From Pristiophorus japonicus (Eukaryota): a stretch of 64,000 nt of DNA. Location: contig NC_091993.1 in the NCBI RefSeq assembly GCF_044704955.1, positions 117,366,001 through 117,430,000 on the forward strand, read 5' to 3'. Below the pieces are notes generated by a model. It did not search any database and was not told the DNA's origin. It saw nothing but the letters and a program-made list of their open reading frames with translations. The stretch's first letter is position 1, and each line of letters starts with the position of its first letter. A program made the position numbers and the translations under genes. Below are positions 24,075 to 36,699 of this stretch, piece by piece.

Positions 24075-26594
24075 ATAAGAACATAAGAACAGAAGAATTA
24101 GGAACAGGAGTAGGCCATCTAGCCCCTCGAGCCTGCTCCGCCATTCAAAAAGATCATGGCTGATCTGGCCGTTGACTCAGCTCCACTTACCCGCCCGCTC
24201 CCCATAACCCTTAATTCCCTTATTGGTTAAAAATCTATCTATCTGTGATTTGAATACATTCAATGAGCTAACCTCAACTGCTTCCTTGGGCAGAGAATTC
24301 CACAGATTCACAACATTCTGGGAGAAGAAATTCCTTCTCAACTCGGTTTTAAATTGGCTCCCCCGTAAGGTGATCAAAACTGCACGCAGTACTCCAGGTG
24401 CGGCCTCACCAATACCCTGTACAGTTGCAGCAGGACCTCCCTGCTTTTGTACTCCATTCCTCTCACAATGAAGGCCAACATTCCATTCGCCTTCCTGATT
24501 ACCTGCTGCACCTGCAAACTAACTTTTGGGATTCATGCACAAGGACCCCCAGGTCCCTCTGCACCTCAGCATGTTGTAATTTCTCCCCATTCAAATAATA
24601 TTCCCTTTTCCTGTGTTTTTTTTCCAAGGTGGATGACCTCACATTTTCCGACATTGTATTCCATCTGCCAAACCTTAGCCCATTCGCTTAACCTATCTAA
24701 ATCTCTTTGCAGCCTCTCTGTATCCTCTACACAACCCGCTTTCCCACTAATCTTTGTGTCATCTGCAAATTTTGTTACACTACACTCTGTCCCCTCTTCC
24801 AGGTCATCTATGTATATTGTAAACAGTTGTGGTCCCAGCACCGATCCCTGTGGCACACCACTAACCACCGATTTCCAACCCGAAAAGGACCCATTTATCC
24901 CGACGCTCTGCTTTCTGTTCGCCAGCCAATTCTCTATCCATGCTAATACATTTCCTCTGACTCCGCGTACCTTTATCTTCTGCAGTAACCTTTTGTGTGG
25001 CACCTTATCGAATGCCTTTTGGAAATCTAAATACACCATATCCATCGGTACACCTCTATCCACCATGCTCGTTATATCCTCAAAGAATTCCAGTAAATTA
25101 GTTAAACATGATTTCCCTTTCATGAATCCATGTTGCGTCTGCTTAATTGCACTATTCCTATCTAGATGTCCCGCTATTTCTTCCTTAATGATAGCTTCAA
25201 GCATTTTCCCCACTACAGATGTTAAACTAACCAGCCTATAGTTACCTGCCTTTTATCTGCACCCTTTTTTAAACAGAGACGTTACATTAGCTGCTTTCCG
25301 ATCCGCTGGTACCTCCCCAGAGTCCAGAGAATTTTGGTAGAATATAACGAATGCATCTGCTATAACTTCCGCCATCTCTTTTAATACCCTGGGATGCATT
25401 TCATCAGGACCAGGGGACTTGCTACCTTGAGTCCCATTAGCCTGTCCAGCACTACCTCCCTAGTGATAGTGATTGTCTCAAGGTCCTCCCTTCCCACATT
25501 CCCATGACCAGCAATTTTTGGCATGGTTTTTGTGTCTTCCACTATGAAGACCGAAGCAAAATAATTGTTTAAGGTCTCAGCCATTTCCACATTTCCCATT
25601 ATTAAATCCCCCTTCTCATCTTCTAAGGGACCAACATTTACTTTAGTCACTCTCTTCCGTTTTATATATCGGTAAAAGCTTTTACTATCTGTTTTTATGT
25701 TTTGTGCAAGTTTACTTTCATAATCTATCTTTCCTTCCTTTATTGCTTTCTTAGTCAATCTTTGCTGTCATTTAAAATTTTCCCAAACTTCTAGTTTCCC
25801 ACTAACCTTGGCCCTTTATACGCATTGGTTTTTAATTTGATACTCTCCTTTATTTCCTTGGTTATCCACAGCTGGTTATCCCTTCTCTTACCGCCATTCT
25901 TTTTCACTGGAATATATTTTTGTTGAGCACTATGAAAGAGCTTCTTAAAAGTCCTCCACTGTTTCTCAATTGTGCCACCGTTTAATCTGTGTTCCCAGTC
26001 TACTTTAGCTAACTCTGCCCTCATCCCACTGTAGTCCCCTTTGTTTAAGCATAGTACGCTTGTTTGAGACACTACTTCCTCACCCTCAATCTGTATTACA
26101 AATTCAACCATACTGTGATCACTCATTCCGAGAGGATCTTTTACTAGATCGTTTATTATTCCTGTCTTATTACACAGGACCAGATCTAAGATAGCTTGCT
26201 CCCTTGTAGGTTCTGTAACATACTGTTCTAAGAAACAATCCCGTATGCATTCTATGAATTTCTCCTCCAGGCTACCCCGTGTGATTTGATTTGACCAATC
26301 GACATGTAGGTTAAAATCCCCCATGATTACTGCTGTTCCTTTTTTACATGCCTTCATTATTCCCCTGATTATTGTCCGCCCTACCATGAAGTTATTATTT
26401 GGGTGTCTATAAACTATGCCCACCAGTGACTTTTTCCCTTACTATCTCTAGTCTCCACCCACAATGATTCAACATTTTGTTCATTAGAGCCAATATCATC
26501 TCTCACAACTGCCCTGATATCATCCTTTATTAACAGAGCTACCCCACTTCCTTTCCCTTCTTGTCTATCCTTCCGAATTGTCAGATACCCCTAT
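24075..26594 (-). mobile_element. CR1 LINE copy 2, 5'-truncated, with an internal deletion at ~24365
   Basis: ORFs 24177-26423 give APE/RT motifs; (ataagaac)n tail at 24075-24098. Confidence 0.95.
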
Positions 26595-26616
26595 GTTCTG
26601 ATATAATGGCAGACAT

Positions 26617-29500
26617 AAGAACATAAGAACATAAGAATTAGGAACAGGAGTAGGCCATGTAGCCCCTCGAGCCTGCTCCGCCATTCAATAAGATCATGGC
26701 TGATCTGGCCGTGGTCTCAGCTCCACTTACCCGACCGCTCCCCGTAAACCTTAACTCTCTTATTGGTCAAAAATCTATCTATCTGTGACTTGAATACATT
26801 CAATGAGCTAGCCTCAACTGCTTCTTTGGGCAGAGAATTCCATAGATTCACAACCCTCTGGGAGAAGAAATTCCTTCTCAACTCGGTTTTAAATTGACTC
26901 TCCTGTATTTTGAGGCTGTGCCCCCTAGTTCTAGTCTCCCCGATCAGTGGAAACAACCTCTCCGCCTCTATCTTGTCTATCCCTTTCATTATTTTAAATG
27001 TTTCGATAAGATCATCCCTCATCCTTCTGAACTCCAACGAGTAAAGACACAGTCTACTCAATCTATCATCATAAGGTAACCCCCTCATCTCCGGAATCAG
27101 CCTAGTGAATCGTCTCTCTACCCCCTCCAAAGCCAGTATATCCTTCCTTAAGTAAGATGACCAAAACTGCACGCAGTACTCCAGGTGCGGCCTTTCCAAT
27201 ACCCTATACAGTTGCAGCAGGACCTCCCTGCTTTTGTACTCCATCCCTCTCGCAATGAAGGCCAACATTCCATTCGCCTTCCTGATTACCTGCTGCACCT
27301 GCAAACTAACTTTTTGGGATTCATGCACAAGGACCCCCAGGTCCCTCTGCACATCAGCATGTTGTACTTTCTCCCCATTCAAATAATATTCCCTTTTATT
27401 GTTTTTTTCCCCAAGGTGGATGACCTCACACTTTCCGACATTGTATTCCATCTGCCAAACCTTAGCCCATTCGCTTAACCTATCTAAATCTCTTTGCAGC
27501 CTCTCTGTGTCCTCTACACAACCCACTTTCCCACTAATCTTTATGTCGTCTGCAAATTTTGTTACACTACACTCTGTCCCCTCTTCCAGGTCATCTATGT
27601 ATATTGTAAACAGTTGTGGTCTCAGCACCGATCCCTGTGGCACACCACTAACCACCGATTTCCAACCCGAAAAGGACCCATTTATCCCGACTCTCTGCTT
27701 TCTGTTAGCCAGCCAATTCTCTATCCATGCTAATACATTTCCTCTGACTCCGCGTACCTTTACCTTCTGCAGTAACTTTTTGTGTGGCACCTTATCGAAT
27801 GCTTTTTGGAAATCGAAATACACCACATCCATCGGTACACCTCTATCCACCATGCTCGTTATATCCTCAAAGAATTCCAGTAAATTAGTTACACATGATT
27901 TCCCCTTCATGAATACATGTTGCGTCTGCTTGATTGCACTATTCCTATCTAGATGTCCCGCTATTTCTTCCTTAATGATAGCTTCAAGCATTTTCCCCAC
28001 TACAGATGTTAAACTAACCGGCCTATAGTTACCTGCCTTTTGTCTGCCCCCTTTTTTAAATAGAGGTGTTACATTAGCTGCTTTCCAATCCGCTGATACC
28101 TCCCCAGAGTCTAGAGAATTTTGGTAGATTATAACGAATGCATCTGCTATAACTTCCGCCATTTCTTTTAATACCCTGGGATGCATTTCATCAGGACTAG
28201 GGGACTAGTCTACCTTGAGTCGCATTAGCCTATCCAGCACTACCCCCCCAGTGATAGCGATTATCTCAAGGTCCTCCCTTCCCAATTCCTGTAACCAGCA
28301 ATTTTTGGCATGGTTTTTGTGTCTTCCACTGTGAAGACCGAAGCAAAATAATTGTTTAAAGTCTCAGCCATTTCCATATTTCCCATTATTAAATCCCCCT
28401 TCTCATCTTCGATAGACCAACATTTACTTTAGTCATACTTTTCCGTTTTATATATCAGTAAAAGCTTTTACTATCTGTTTTTATGTTTTGAGCAAGTTTA
28501 CCTTCGTAACCTATCTTTCCTTTCTTTATTGCTTTTTTTAGTCATTCTTTGCTGTTGTTTAAAATGTTCCAAATCTTCTAGTTTCCCACTAACCTTGGCC
28601 ACCTTATACGCATTGGTCTTTGATTTGATACTCTCCTTTATTTCCTTGGTTATCCACGGCTGGTTATCCCTTCTCTTACCACCCTTCTTTTTCACTGGAA
28701 TATATTTTTGCTGCGCACTATGAAAGAGCTCCTTAAAAGTCCTCCACTGTTCCTCAATTGTGCCACCATTTAGTCTGTGTTTCCAGTCTACTTTAGCCAA
28801 CTCTGCCCTCATTCCACTGTAGTCCCCTTTGATTAAGCATAGTACACTCGTTTCTGACACAACTTCCTCACCCTCAATCCGTATTATAAATTCAACCATA
28901 CTGTGATCACTCATTCCGAGAGGATCTTTTACTTGGAGATCATTTATTTTTCCTGTCTCATTGCACAGGACCAGATCTAAGATAGCTTGCTCCTTTGTAG
29001 GTTCTGTAACATATTGTTCTAAGAAACAATCCCATATGCATTCTATGAATTCCTCCTCCAGGCTACTCCGTGCAATTTGATTTGACCAATCGATATGTAG
29101 GTTAAAATCCCCCATGACTACTGCCATTCCTTTTTCACATGCCTCCATTATTCCCTTGATTATTGCCCGCCCCACCATGAAGTTATTATTTGGGGGCCTA
29201 TAAACTACGCAACCATCAGTGACTTTTTCCCCTTACTATCTCTAATCTCCACCCACAATGATTCAACATTTTGTTCATTAGAGCCAATATCATCTCTCAC
29301 AACTGCCCTGATATCATCCTTTATTAACAGAGCTACCCCACCTCCTTTCCCTTCTTGTCTATCTTTCCAAATCATCAGACAGCCCTGTATGTTTAATTCC
29401 CAGTTTTGGCCACCCTGCAACCATGTTTCTGTAATGGCCACCAAATCATACCCATTTGTAATGATTTGTGCCATGAACTCATTTACTTTATTTCGAATGC
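26617..29500 (-). mobile_element. CR1 LINE copy 3, 5'-truncated, with 7-bp TSD CAGACAT
   Basis: 489-aa open RT ORF at 26717-28186 and APE ORFs at 28498-29507. cagacat occurs at 26610-26616 and 29501-29507. Confidence 0.95.
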
Positions 29501-29671
29501 CAGACATGGTAGTTCAGGCTGCTGGGAGGATGGAGAGACATGGAGAGGGAGATGTGCAGGTGAGATTCCAACATGGCAGGCCCTGGCTGAGATGCAGAAG
29601 TGCTGAAAATTGGAGAGTGTTTGATTTTTAAATGTTCAGTCAGTATCTGAATGTTTTTTTCTTTCCCACAG

Positions 29672-29995
29672 AATCCGTGTCAGTTCCTGTACTTAGATAT
29701 TTATCGCCACCAAATGTCTCATGTTTTGGGGGCTCAGTGTCAGTCTCCTGTGAGTCTGTCCAGGGATCCCTTCCGATTCAGTACACATGGTATGAACAGA
29801 CCCCGATTAAAGGTTCAAAGATCTCTGACACCAATAAACTGGATCTACATTGTCAATCCTTCAAACAGCAACATCATCAATATTACTGCACAGCCTCAAA
29901 TAATCAGGGAGAGAAATCTAGCGAAATGGTCGATGTGTCAGTCTTCAACAGAGCAGGGAAGCACTGCAGTTATGTGACACAAATCAGCGACAGTG
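29672..29995 (+). CDS. Copy B exon 3: Ig C2-type domain (FcR/FCRL/PECAM-like)
   Basis: Acceptor ttttttctttcccacag|, donor G|gtaagt (phase 1-1). 'VSVPVL..SVSVSCESVQGSLPIQYTWY..YYCTASN..SEMVDVSV'. Confidence 0.9.
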
Positions 29996-30084
29996 GTAAG
30001 TGTTACTTTAAACAAACAATATGGTCAATTAATTATTTTAATGAATGTCTATCCAAACTGTTTGTGAGCCAGAAATATATACAG

Positions 30085-31015
30085 AAAATACTGGAAATCT
30101 GAGCAGGTCAAGCAGAAACAGTGGAGAGAAACAGAGTTAACTTTTCAGGTCTGTGACCTTTCATCAGACCTGGAAAAGTTTGAGATGTAACAGATTCTTA
30201 AGGAAGTGTAGGGGCAGTGAAAGGGGGAGGGGAGGAAAGAACGAAAGGGAAGGTCTGTGATAGGGTGGAAGGCAGGAGAGATTAGAGAGACTAAAGGGAT
30301 GATGGGCAAAACTGAGACGGTAATGGAACAAGTTAAGCAACAACTAAATGGGCTATGAATGGCAGAATCATCACCAGCTGCCATGGGAAGGAGAGAAAAA
30401 GAGATGCTTTGTAAAAAAGGGAAATATATGGTCAGAGATTATGGTCTGAAATTATTGAACTTGTTGTTGAGTCCTGATGACTGTAAAGTGCCTATACAAA
30501 AGATGAGAAGCTGTTTCTCGACTTTGCGTTGAGCTCCATTGGAACAGTCCAGGAGACCGAGGACTGAGGGATCCCAGTTGGAGTGGAGCGGAGAGTTAAA
30601 ATGACAGGCGACAGGAAGCGTAGGGTCACACTTACGGACTGAATGGAGATGTTTTGCAAAGCGGTCACCCAATCTGCGTTTGGTCCCCCCAATGTAGCGG
30701 AGACCACATCGTGATCAGCGAATGCAAGATACTAAGTTGAAATAAGTACAAGTAACCCGCTGATTCACCTGGAAGGAGTATTTTGGGCTTTGGACATTGG
30801 GCAGAGAGGAGGTAAAAGGGCAGTTGTTGCATCTCCTGTGCTTGCACAGGAAGGTGCCGTGGGAAGGGGAGGGCTTGCTGGGGGTGATTACGGAGCAGAC
30901 CAGGGTGTCGCAGAGAGTCCGTTCCCTTCGGAATGCTGGGAGGGGCGGGGAGGGGAAAATGTGTTTGGTGGTGGGATCATGCTGGAGGTGGCGGACATGG
31001 CGGAGGATGATCCAT
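30085..31015 (-). mobile_element. Penelope-like element remnant (GIY-YIG endonuclease end)
   Basis: Reverse complement at ~30740-30440 reads FNLVSCIR*SRCGLRYIGGTKRRLGDRF..PVACHFNS..IFCIGTLQSSGLN. Confidence 0.75.
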
Positions 31016-31644
31016 TGTGATTGTGAGCCAGTCCCTGATATGCGCGATCCCCTGCATGGTGTGTGCCGTTTGCTGTTGCTACCGCAAGCTCAGAAAACCC
31101 AGCCCAAGAGGCAGGAAATTACCATGGCCAATATTATAGGCGACTGTTCAATGTGTTTGTGTGACATTCATCTGCTGATTAATTTGACAGAAACAATCTT
31201 TTGACAACGAAATGCCATCTGAAATGTATCTGCTTGTCCACTAATATCGACAGTAGTAATTCCTGGTCTAATATTTCCCTCTGCACTCAATGCACAGCTA
31301 CGTTCCTTTTCCACTGAGGACACTTTCTGGAACACAATTGCACTTGCTCGGCCCCCAGAATACATTTTCCGGGTGTGGTAGAGACCGACTCTCTGCCTGG
31401 AACTTTCCTTTACACTTGCGCGGGGATACCTGGTTTGTAATCGCACCAACCTGAGCCCTTTAACTGTCCCAATAGTATATTATCAGTAATATGGGCCATG
31501 GTCAGGTGACAGCAGCATCTCTCCTTGCTGCCAGAGAGGGGAAATTAAATTATCCAAATCCATGCTATCAGCCAAGTATTGAGGTTCCGTTTGACTACAA
31601 GTGAAAATTAGGTGAATCTGAATTTTGTTCCCTTGTTTCAAAAG

Positions 31645-31765
31645 GACCTGAATATTCTTGTGAAGGTGTTTCAATGGTATCACCAACAACTGCACATTCC
31701 ACAAATACAAATATAATTTCCACTGATAATCGAAACCATTCTTCAGGATCCAAATTGACGAAAAG
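31645..31765 (+). CDS. Copy B exon 4: Ser/Thr-rich stalk
   Basis: Acceptor ttcccttgtttcaaaag|, donor AG|gtacaa. Its phase 1-2 exactly bridges exon 3 (ends phase 1) and the TM exon (starts phase 2). Reads GPEYSCEGVSMVSPTTAHSTNTNIISTDNRNHSSGSKLTK. Confidence 0.75.
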
Positions 31766-33732
31766 GTACAATGTTCTCATCGCTGGTGTTCTGATTGGCA
31801 TTGCTTTCATGTGAGAGATTAAATGTTCTTTAATAGTTTTGTATTATTTTGGAATGTAGCTCCTCAGAATGGGAATGGTGACTGGGTTTACATCATGTTG
31901 TTGTGTTAGCTTCTTAACGATGGTGCTGTCTTTGTTGCTGGAAAATAAGAAAGCAATAAGCACTTCCATTTTGCAGCTCCTTAGATGGGGCTTTTTTCAT
32001 TATTCAACTTGATTAATATTTCACTGTTAACATAATCTCACGGAGTTGCACCACTTACCAAAGAACCGCAATGTCAGTTTTCCTTGCCCCTTATCTGTTC
32101 TGGTACTGACAGGAAAGTTGTCTTTTTCCCCTTCTCAGTTCCCCGACGTTAGACATTGTTCCCAAACTGAGAGGGTAGGAAGGATATCTGATTCCAGCTA
32201 TTCAGCAATTGCCTGTTAGAAGGTGCATAAGAACAGTGTAGGGTGATGCTAATCTGACTATCCTTACTCCCTGAGGAGATGCTTCCCTCAGCTGGCCAGT
32301 CACTTTCATAAAGTCCTCAATTATATAATAGTGGCTTACCATTACAGCTATACATTGTGGACATGTTAATGAACTTTGCTTCATTTGATCTTTATCTAAT
32401 GATCAGAAAGTTGTCTTTCCTGCATCAATCAAATATTAGTTTACTTTCCCAGCTAATGTCCCTTGGCTCTGCTGTTTTACATTGATGCACTATACTAAGA
32501 TTACAATGTAAACAGGAGCGTTGGGATTTTCCTCACTTTGGCGGGTCCTTTGCAGGTGATGTTGGTGGCAGGTCGCGGCCCCACTGCTGGCTTCATCCCG
32601 CTCTGTGAAATGCTTTTCCATTGATGGGGTTAGTTAAGCCCACCCAGTGCATTTCCCAGTCTAATTAGAGGAAACGCCATCTGCTTCATTAGTGTCCTTT
32701 AGGGAAAGAAATCTGCCTTACTTGGTCTGGCCTCTATGTGACTGCAGACCCACAGCACTGTGTGTGCCTCTTATCTGCCCTCTGATGGCCTCGCAAGCCC
32801 CTCAGTTGAAACAAACCATTTCACCATGCAGAGTGCAGCAGTTCAAGAAGGCGGTTCACCGTCACCTTCTCAAGGGCAATTAGTGATTAGAAATAAATGC
32901 TGGCCGTCTCTCAGAGGGTTGTGAATCTTTGGAACGAAAAAAAGTTCATGTGGCAACCAGCGTGTACAGAATCAAGTGAAGCAAATCTATCCCTGGCCAC
33001 TGGGGCAGCAATGTGCACAGGGTGATGATGCCTGTTGTCGCGCGCAGGTTGGTGTTGTTGCTGGTGCTGCTGGTATGCCTGGCACTGCTGGTGTAGGGGC
33101 TGATCGTGGTGGAATTCTGAGGACCAATGTGTGACAGTATAAATGGCACAAATGTTGATGGAATAGATGGCAGCTGAAGTACAGATGACAGACGTAATCT
33201 GATAATGGTGAAAGAGTTCTTCCAAAGAGATAATACTCGATGGAGAGTGGAGAGTGGAAAGCCTGCAGAATCTGTGCTGGAAATGGACTGAGAAACAGCT
33301 TCTGCCTGAGGAAAGTCAAGATCTGTCAGGTGGGAGCTTTTACTGTGCATTTGAAGCTGTCAAGTAATCAGCTGGAACAATGGCCACTGAACTCACACCT
33401 CAGGTTGGCAACCGTGGTCCCCGAACAGCGTGGTTACCGCGGCCTTTAAGTTAAAGAGAAAAGGTAAGCGACAAAAGCCTGTTAATGACCTGTCACCAAG
33501 GCAATAATGAGCCTAAGTGGGTCGCCTGCTGCTACCTCTAGAATCCGCTCAGCACTAACATACGGCGGGTTGATTGCAGTATCCCGACCCACTGTCAAAA
33601 AAACTTTCCCAGCAGATCCGCCACTGATCCCACCCCCACACACCGGAAAATTCCCCCTGTTATGAATGTTTCAAACACAAAGCAGTCTCATTCCCTTCGA
33701 ATGTGTTTTTGTATTTCTTCCCTTTTGCTCAG

Positions 33733-33823
33733 TTACATTATATGGAACGTGGGACGCTGGCTGCTCTTTGCTCTCCTGGTGATTTGTACTATTTCAGTCA
33801 CAAGGTGTACAAGAAAATCGAAG
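33733..33823 (+). CDS. Copy B exon 5: transmembrane segment with NxxR motif
   Basis: Acceptor tttcttcccttttgctcag|, donor AAG|gtagga. Reads (S)YIIWNVGRWLLFALLVICTISVTRCTRKSK. Confidence 0.85.
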
Positions 33824-35552
33824 GTAGGATTTACGGACTTTATATGAATCATTCTATCAATTCTTTCAAAAATATTGATCACAGATACTGTAAAGAAAAA
33901 CTTGCATTTCTATATGAAACAAAGCGTTTTACAGCCAATATGAGTTAGTTTTGAAGTGTTCCTGTTGTAATGTAGGCAAAATTCTGTGGATTGATTGTTC
34001 AGGATGTCTTCGGGCTTCTTGAGCCTTGTTGTGGCTGCATCCATCCAGCAGTATTAGCCTGGGATAACTTCCACCAATAAATGAAAGTTTCACTTTATCA
34101 TTGAAGGGTCTTGTAAGAATACTTACACAGTGCCTTTCAGGTCTTCAAGATGTCCCAAGCTCTTTACATCCAATTAGTTATTTTTGAAATGCTGCTGTTG
34201 TTATGTAGGCAAAAGAGGCAGAAAATTTGCACACAGCAAAGACCCCAAAACAGCAAAGGAGATAAATTACCAGATAGTTTGTTTTGGTGAACTCCTCTGC
34301 TCTTCTTCATATGGTGCCGCGGGATCTTTTATTTTCACCTGAGCAAGCAGACGGGGCCCTCGGTTAAAGCTTCTTCTGACAATAAACCACTATCTCTGTA
34401 TGGTGCTGCAGTGTCAGCCAAGATCATGGGCCGAAATGTGTGGTTGGTGAAGAACCTCTGGAGTTCGTCCCTGACTCACAGAAAGATAGGAAAGTGGCTC
34501 CGGAGTTACAGAGTCTTCGGGTCCTGGGCCTCTTGGCGGTCGCCTGCGTAAAGGCGCACGGACCCCAGGGACGCAGGCGGTTCGGACAGCTTGCATAAAC
34601 TTGGCTCGTATTCCCTTGCACTTAGAAGGTTGAGGGGTGATTTGATGTAAGTATTTAAAATTGTTAAGAGATTTGCTTGGCTAGATACAGAGAAGCAATC
34701 AAGTACAAAGGGACATCATCGAAAAATGAGAGGAAATCCAATTATCAGTGAAATTAGGAAGCACTTTTTCATACATTGGCTGTGGAAAACTGGAATTTGC
34801 TGTTCTTAAAGGCAGTGGATTCTGGCCAATTGAAATTGTTACATTTGAGATCACGATGTATTTGTTGGGTAAGAACACCAACGGATGTGGATCAAAGGCG
34901 GGTAAATGGAGTTGTGCCACTGATCAGCTGTGATCCAGTTATACGGTGGAACAGGCTCAAAGGGTTGAATGGGCTGCTCCTGTTGCTTTGTTCCTATGTA
35001 ACCCGCCCGTTATAGAACCCTCCCGACTTTCATTCCATTGATATAAAACAGTCGTTACAAGAAACGGAAGGGAGGAAATGGGAAAGGCTAAAAAAAAGCA
35101 CTTTGCTGTAGAGCACCAGAGACAATGGTTTTCACACAAGAACACAGAGACAGTTAAACGTGTCCGGTCGAGCACCAAGGTGCTCAGACACAGACCCAAT
35201 GCTATTGTTGCTGGGAACCGTGACTGGACTGTCGGAAATGTGTTTAACAAAGTAGCCAAGTCAATCGTTTTCTGCTGTCAACTGTCCACCATCTAAGCTG
35301 CAGGGAAACACTTGTTGCATGTGAGTAAATGGTGTTACATGTTTTCAAGAGGGGCCCAACTAGCACCTTTTCTCATCACACATACAATAGTGATAGGGGA
35401 GGGAGGACTGTGATCTCAAGACAGCTCCAGTCCATCTCAAGCTTCTCCTCCATTTGTTGTCAGTTCCAGAATTCTGTTCAGAGCTGACATGTAAAACAAT
35501 GCATCGTTCTCAGAATCAATGAATCTGACGCCTTAAATATTTTCTTTTTCAG

Positions 35553-35600
35553 TTACTCAATGAATCGGCTCGTCACAGCTTGACCAATGTGGTAAAATGA
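35553..35600 (+). CDS. Copy B exon 6: short cytoplasmic tail and stop
   Basis: Acceptor ttttctttttcag| in phase 0; reads LLNESARHSLTNVVK*. AATAAA lies ~100 bp downstream. Additional small tail exons cannot be excluded. Confidence 0.6.
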   Translation, partial: LLNESARHSLTNVVK

Positions 35601-35698
35601 CGATTCCCTGGTTACATCGAACTTGATGGAATATTATGTTTTGAACAAACATTCATTATTCATCCAGCTTTGCACATTTTTTTTCTCCTATTTTAAAT

Positions 35699-35704
35699 AA
35701 TAAA
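35699..35704 (+). terminator. Putative polyadenylation signal of copy B
   Basis: AATAAA 99 bp after the predicted TGA. Confidence 0.45.
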
Positions 35705-36699
35705 ATGGATTTCGGCATGAAATCAACTTGACCATTTAATTAGTGGAGGAAAATCCCAAACCGAAACTCTGGCTGCATCCTTTAAGTTGTTGTCTCTCTG
35801 TCTGCATCTTAGTAATAATATATCTGTGCGCCCAATTCCTGTCTGCACAACTTGACTTCTTGTTTCAAATTTTGTTACAATTTTTGTGTCAATTTTGTAA
35901 ACCTGAAAATATCACAAACACATGAACAATATTCTGTAAGAAATAGGCCACTTGACTTATTTATGCTGGTAGCTCTAATAATATGTTGCACTTTTACATG
36001 GGATGGAACAATGGTACGGATTTTGTGTTGAGAATAACGGTAATGCTAACAGTGTTCACCGGTATTGTGGAGTAAATGGAACAGCAACGTCCGGAGTACG
36101 TACACGGGCAGTTAAATATGGAAATCGGGAGGTTGCGATCTGAGGTACCCTGCTCCTCCTCAGTCTGCACCATAGGAGTACCTTGCCGACAGGTTTGGCA
36201 TTGAAATCAATGTAAGGGTATGAAGTTGCGGTGCTTACCCACTAGTTGCCCAGTACATACGGCAGAAAAAGTTAGAGCTGGTGCATTCAGATGTAAGTGA
36301 ATTTTCAACGGTGTGATAATTGCTACCAAATACACTTCCTGACCGTGAAAATTTCATTTTGCAATTCTGGAGTTTCATTCCTGCAGAATTTAATTAGTGC
36401 TGGAGATTTATCTCTCTCTCTTAATCCCATCTTTCTTTCCCAATCTTTAATTTATTTACTGTACGTGATTTAAATCTAATTGATACTTCCTGGTTTACAC
36501 TTCCTAGTTTCTCGCGGCAGGACGAGGGTATAATTGGGCTCTGTAGCGCCCGTTTTTTCCTGCGGTCTCCTGCTCTGTGCCATCTTTTCCTGCAAGAAAG
36601 AAGGATGTGTGCCAATGAGTGTCATGCAATATGTTTGGATGATGTGGCTGTCATGGTTGAATCGCTTTCAGTATGTGCAAGCTGTGAGCTGCAGGTGCG

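Noticed and set aside
31030-33660. ORFs at 31168-31449 and 32911-33350 inside receptor introns
   Set aside because: No recognisable domain or consistent splice sites. 32520-33657 has weak TIR-like ends and is probably a decayed DNA transposon, but the support is too weak to list as a feature.
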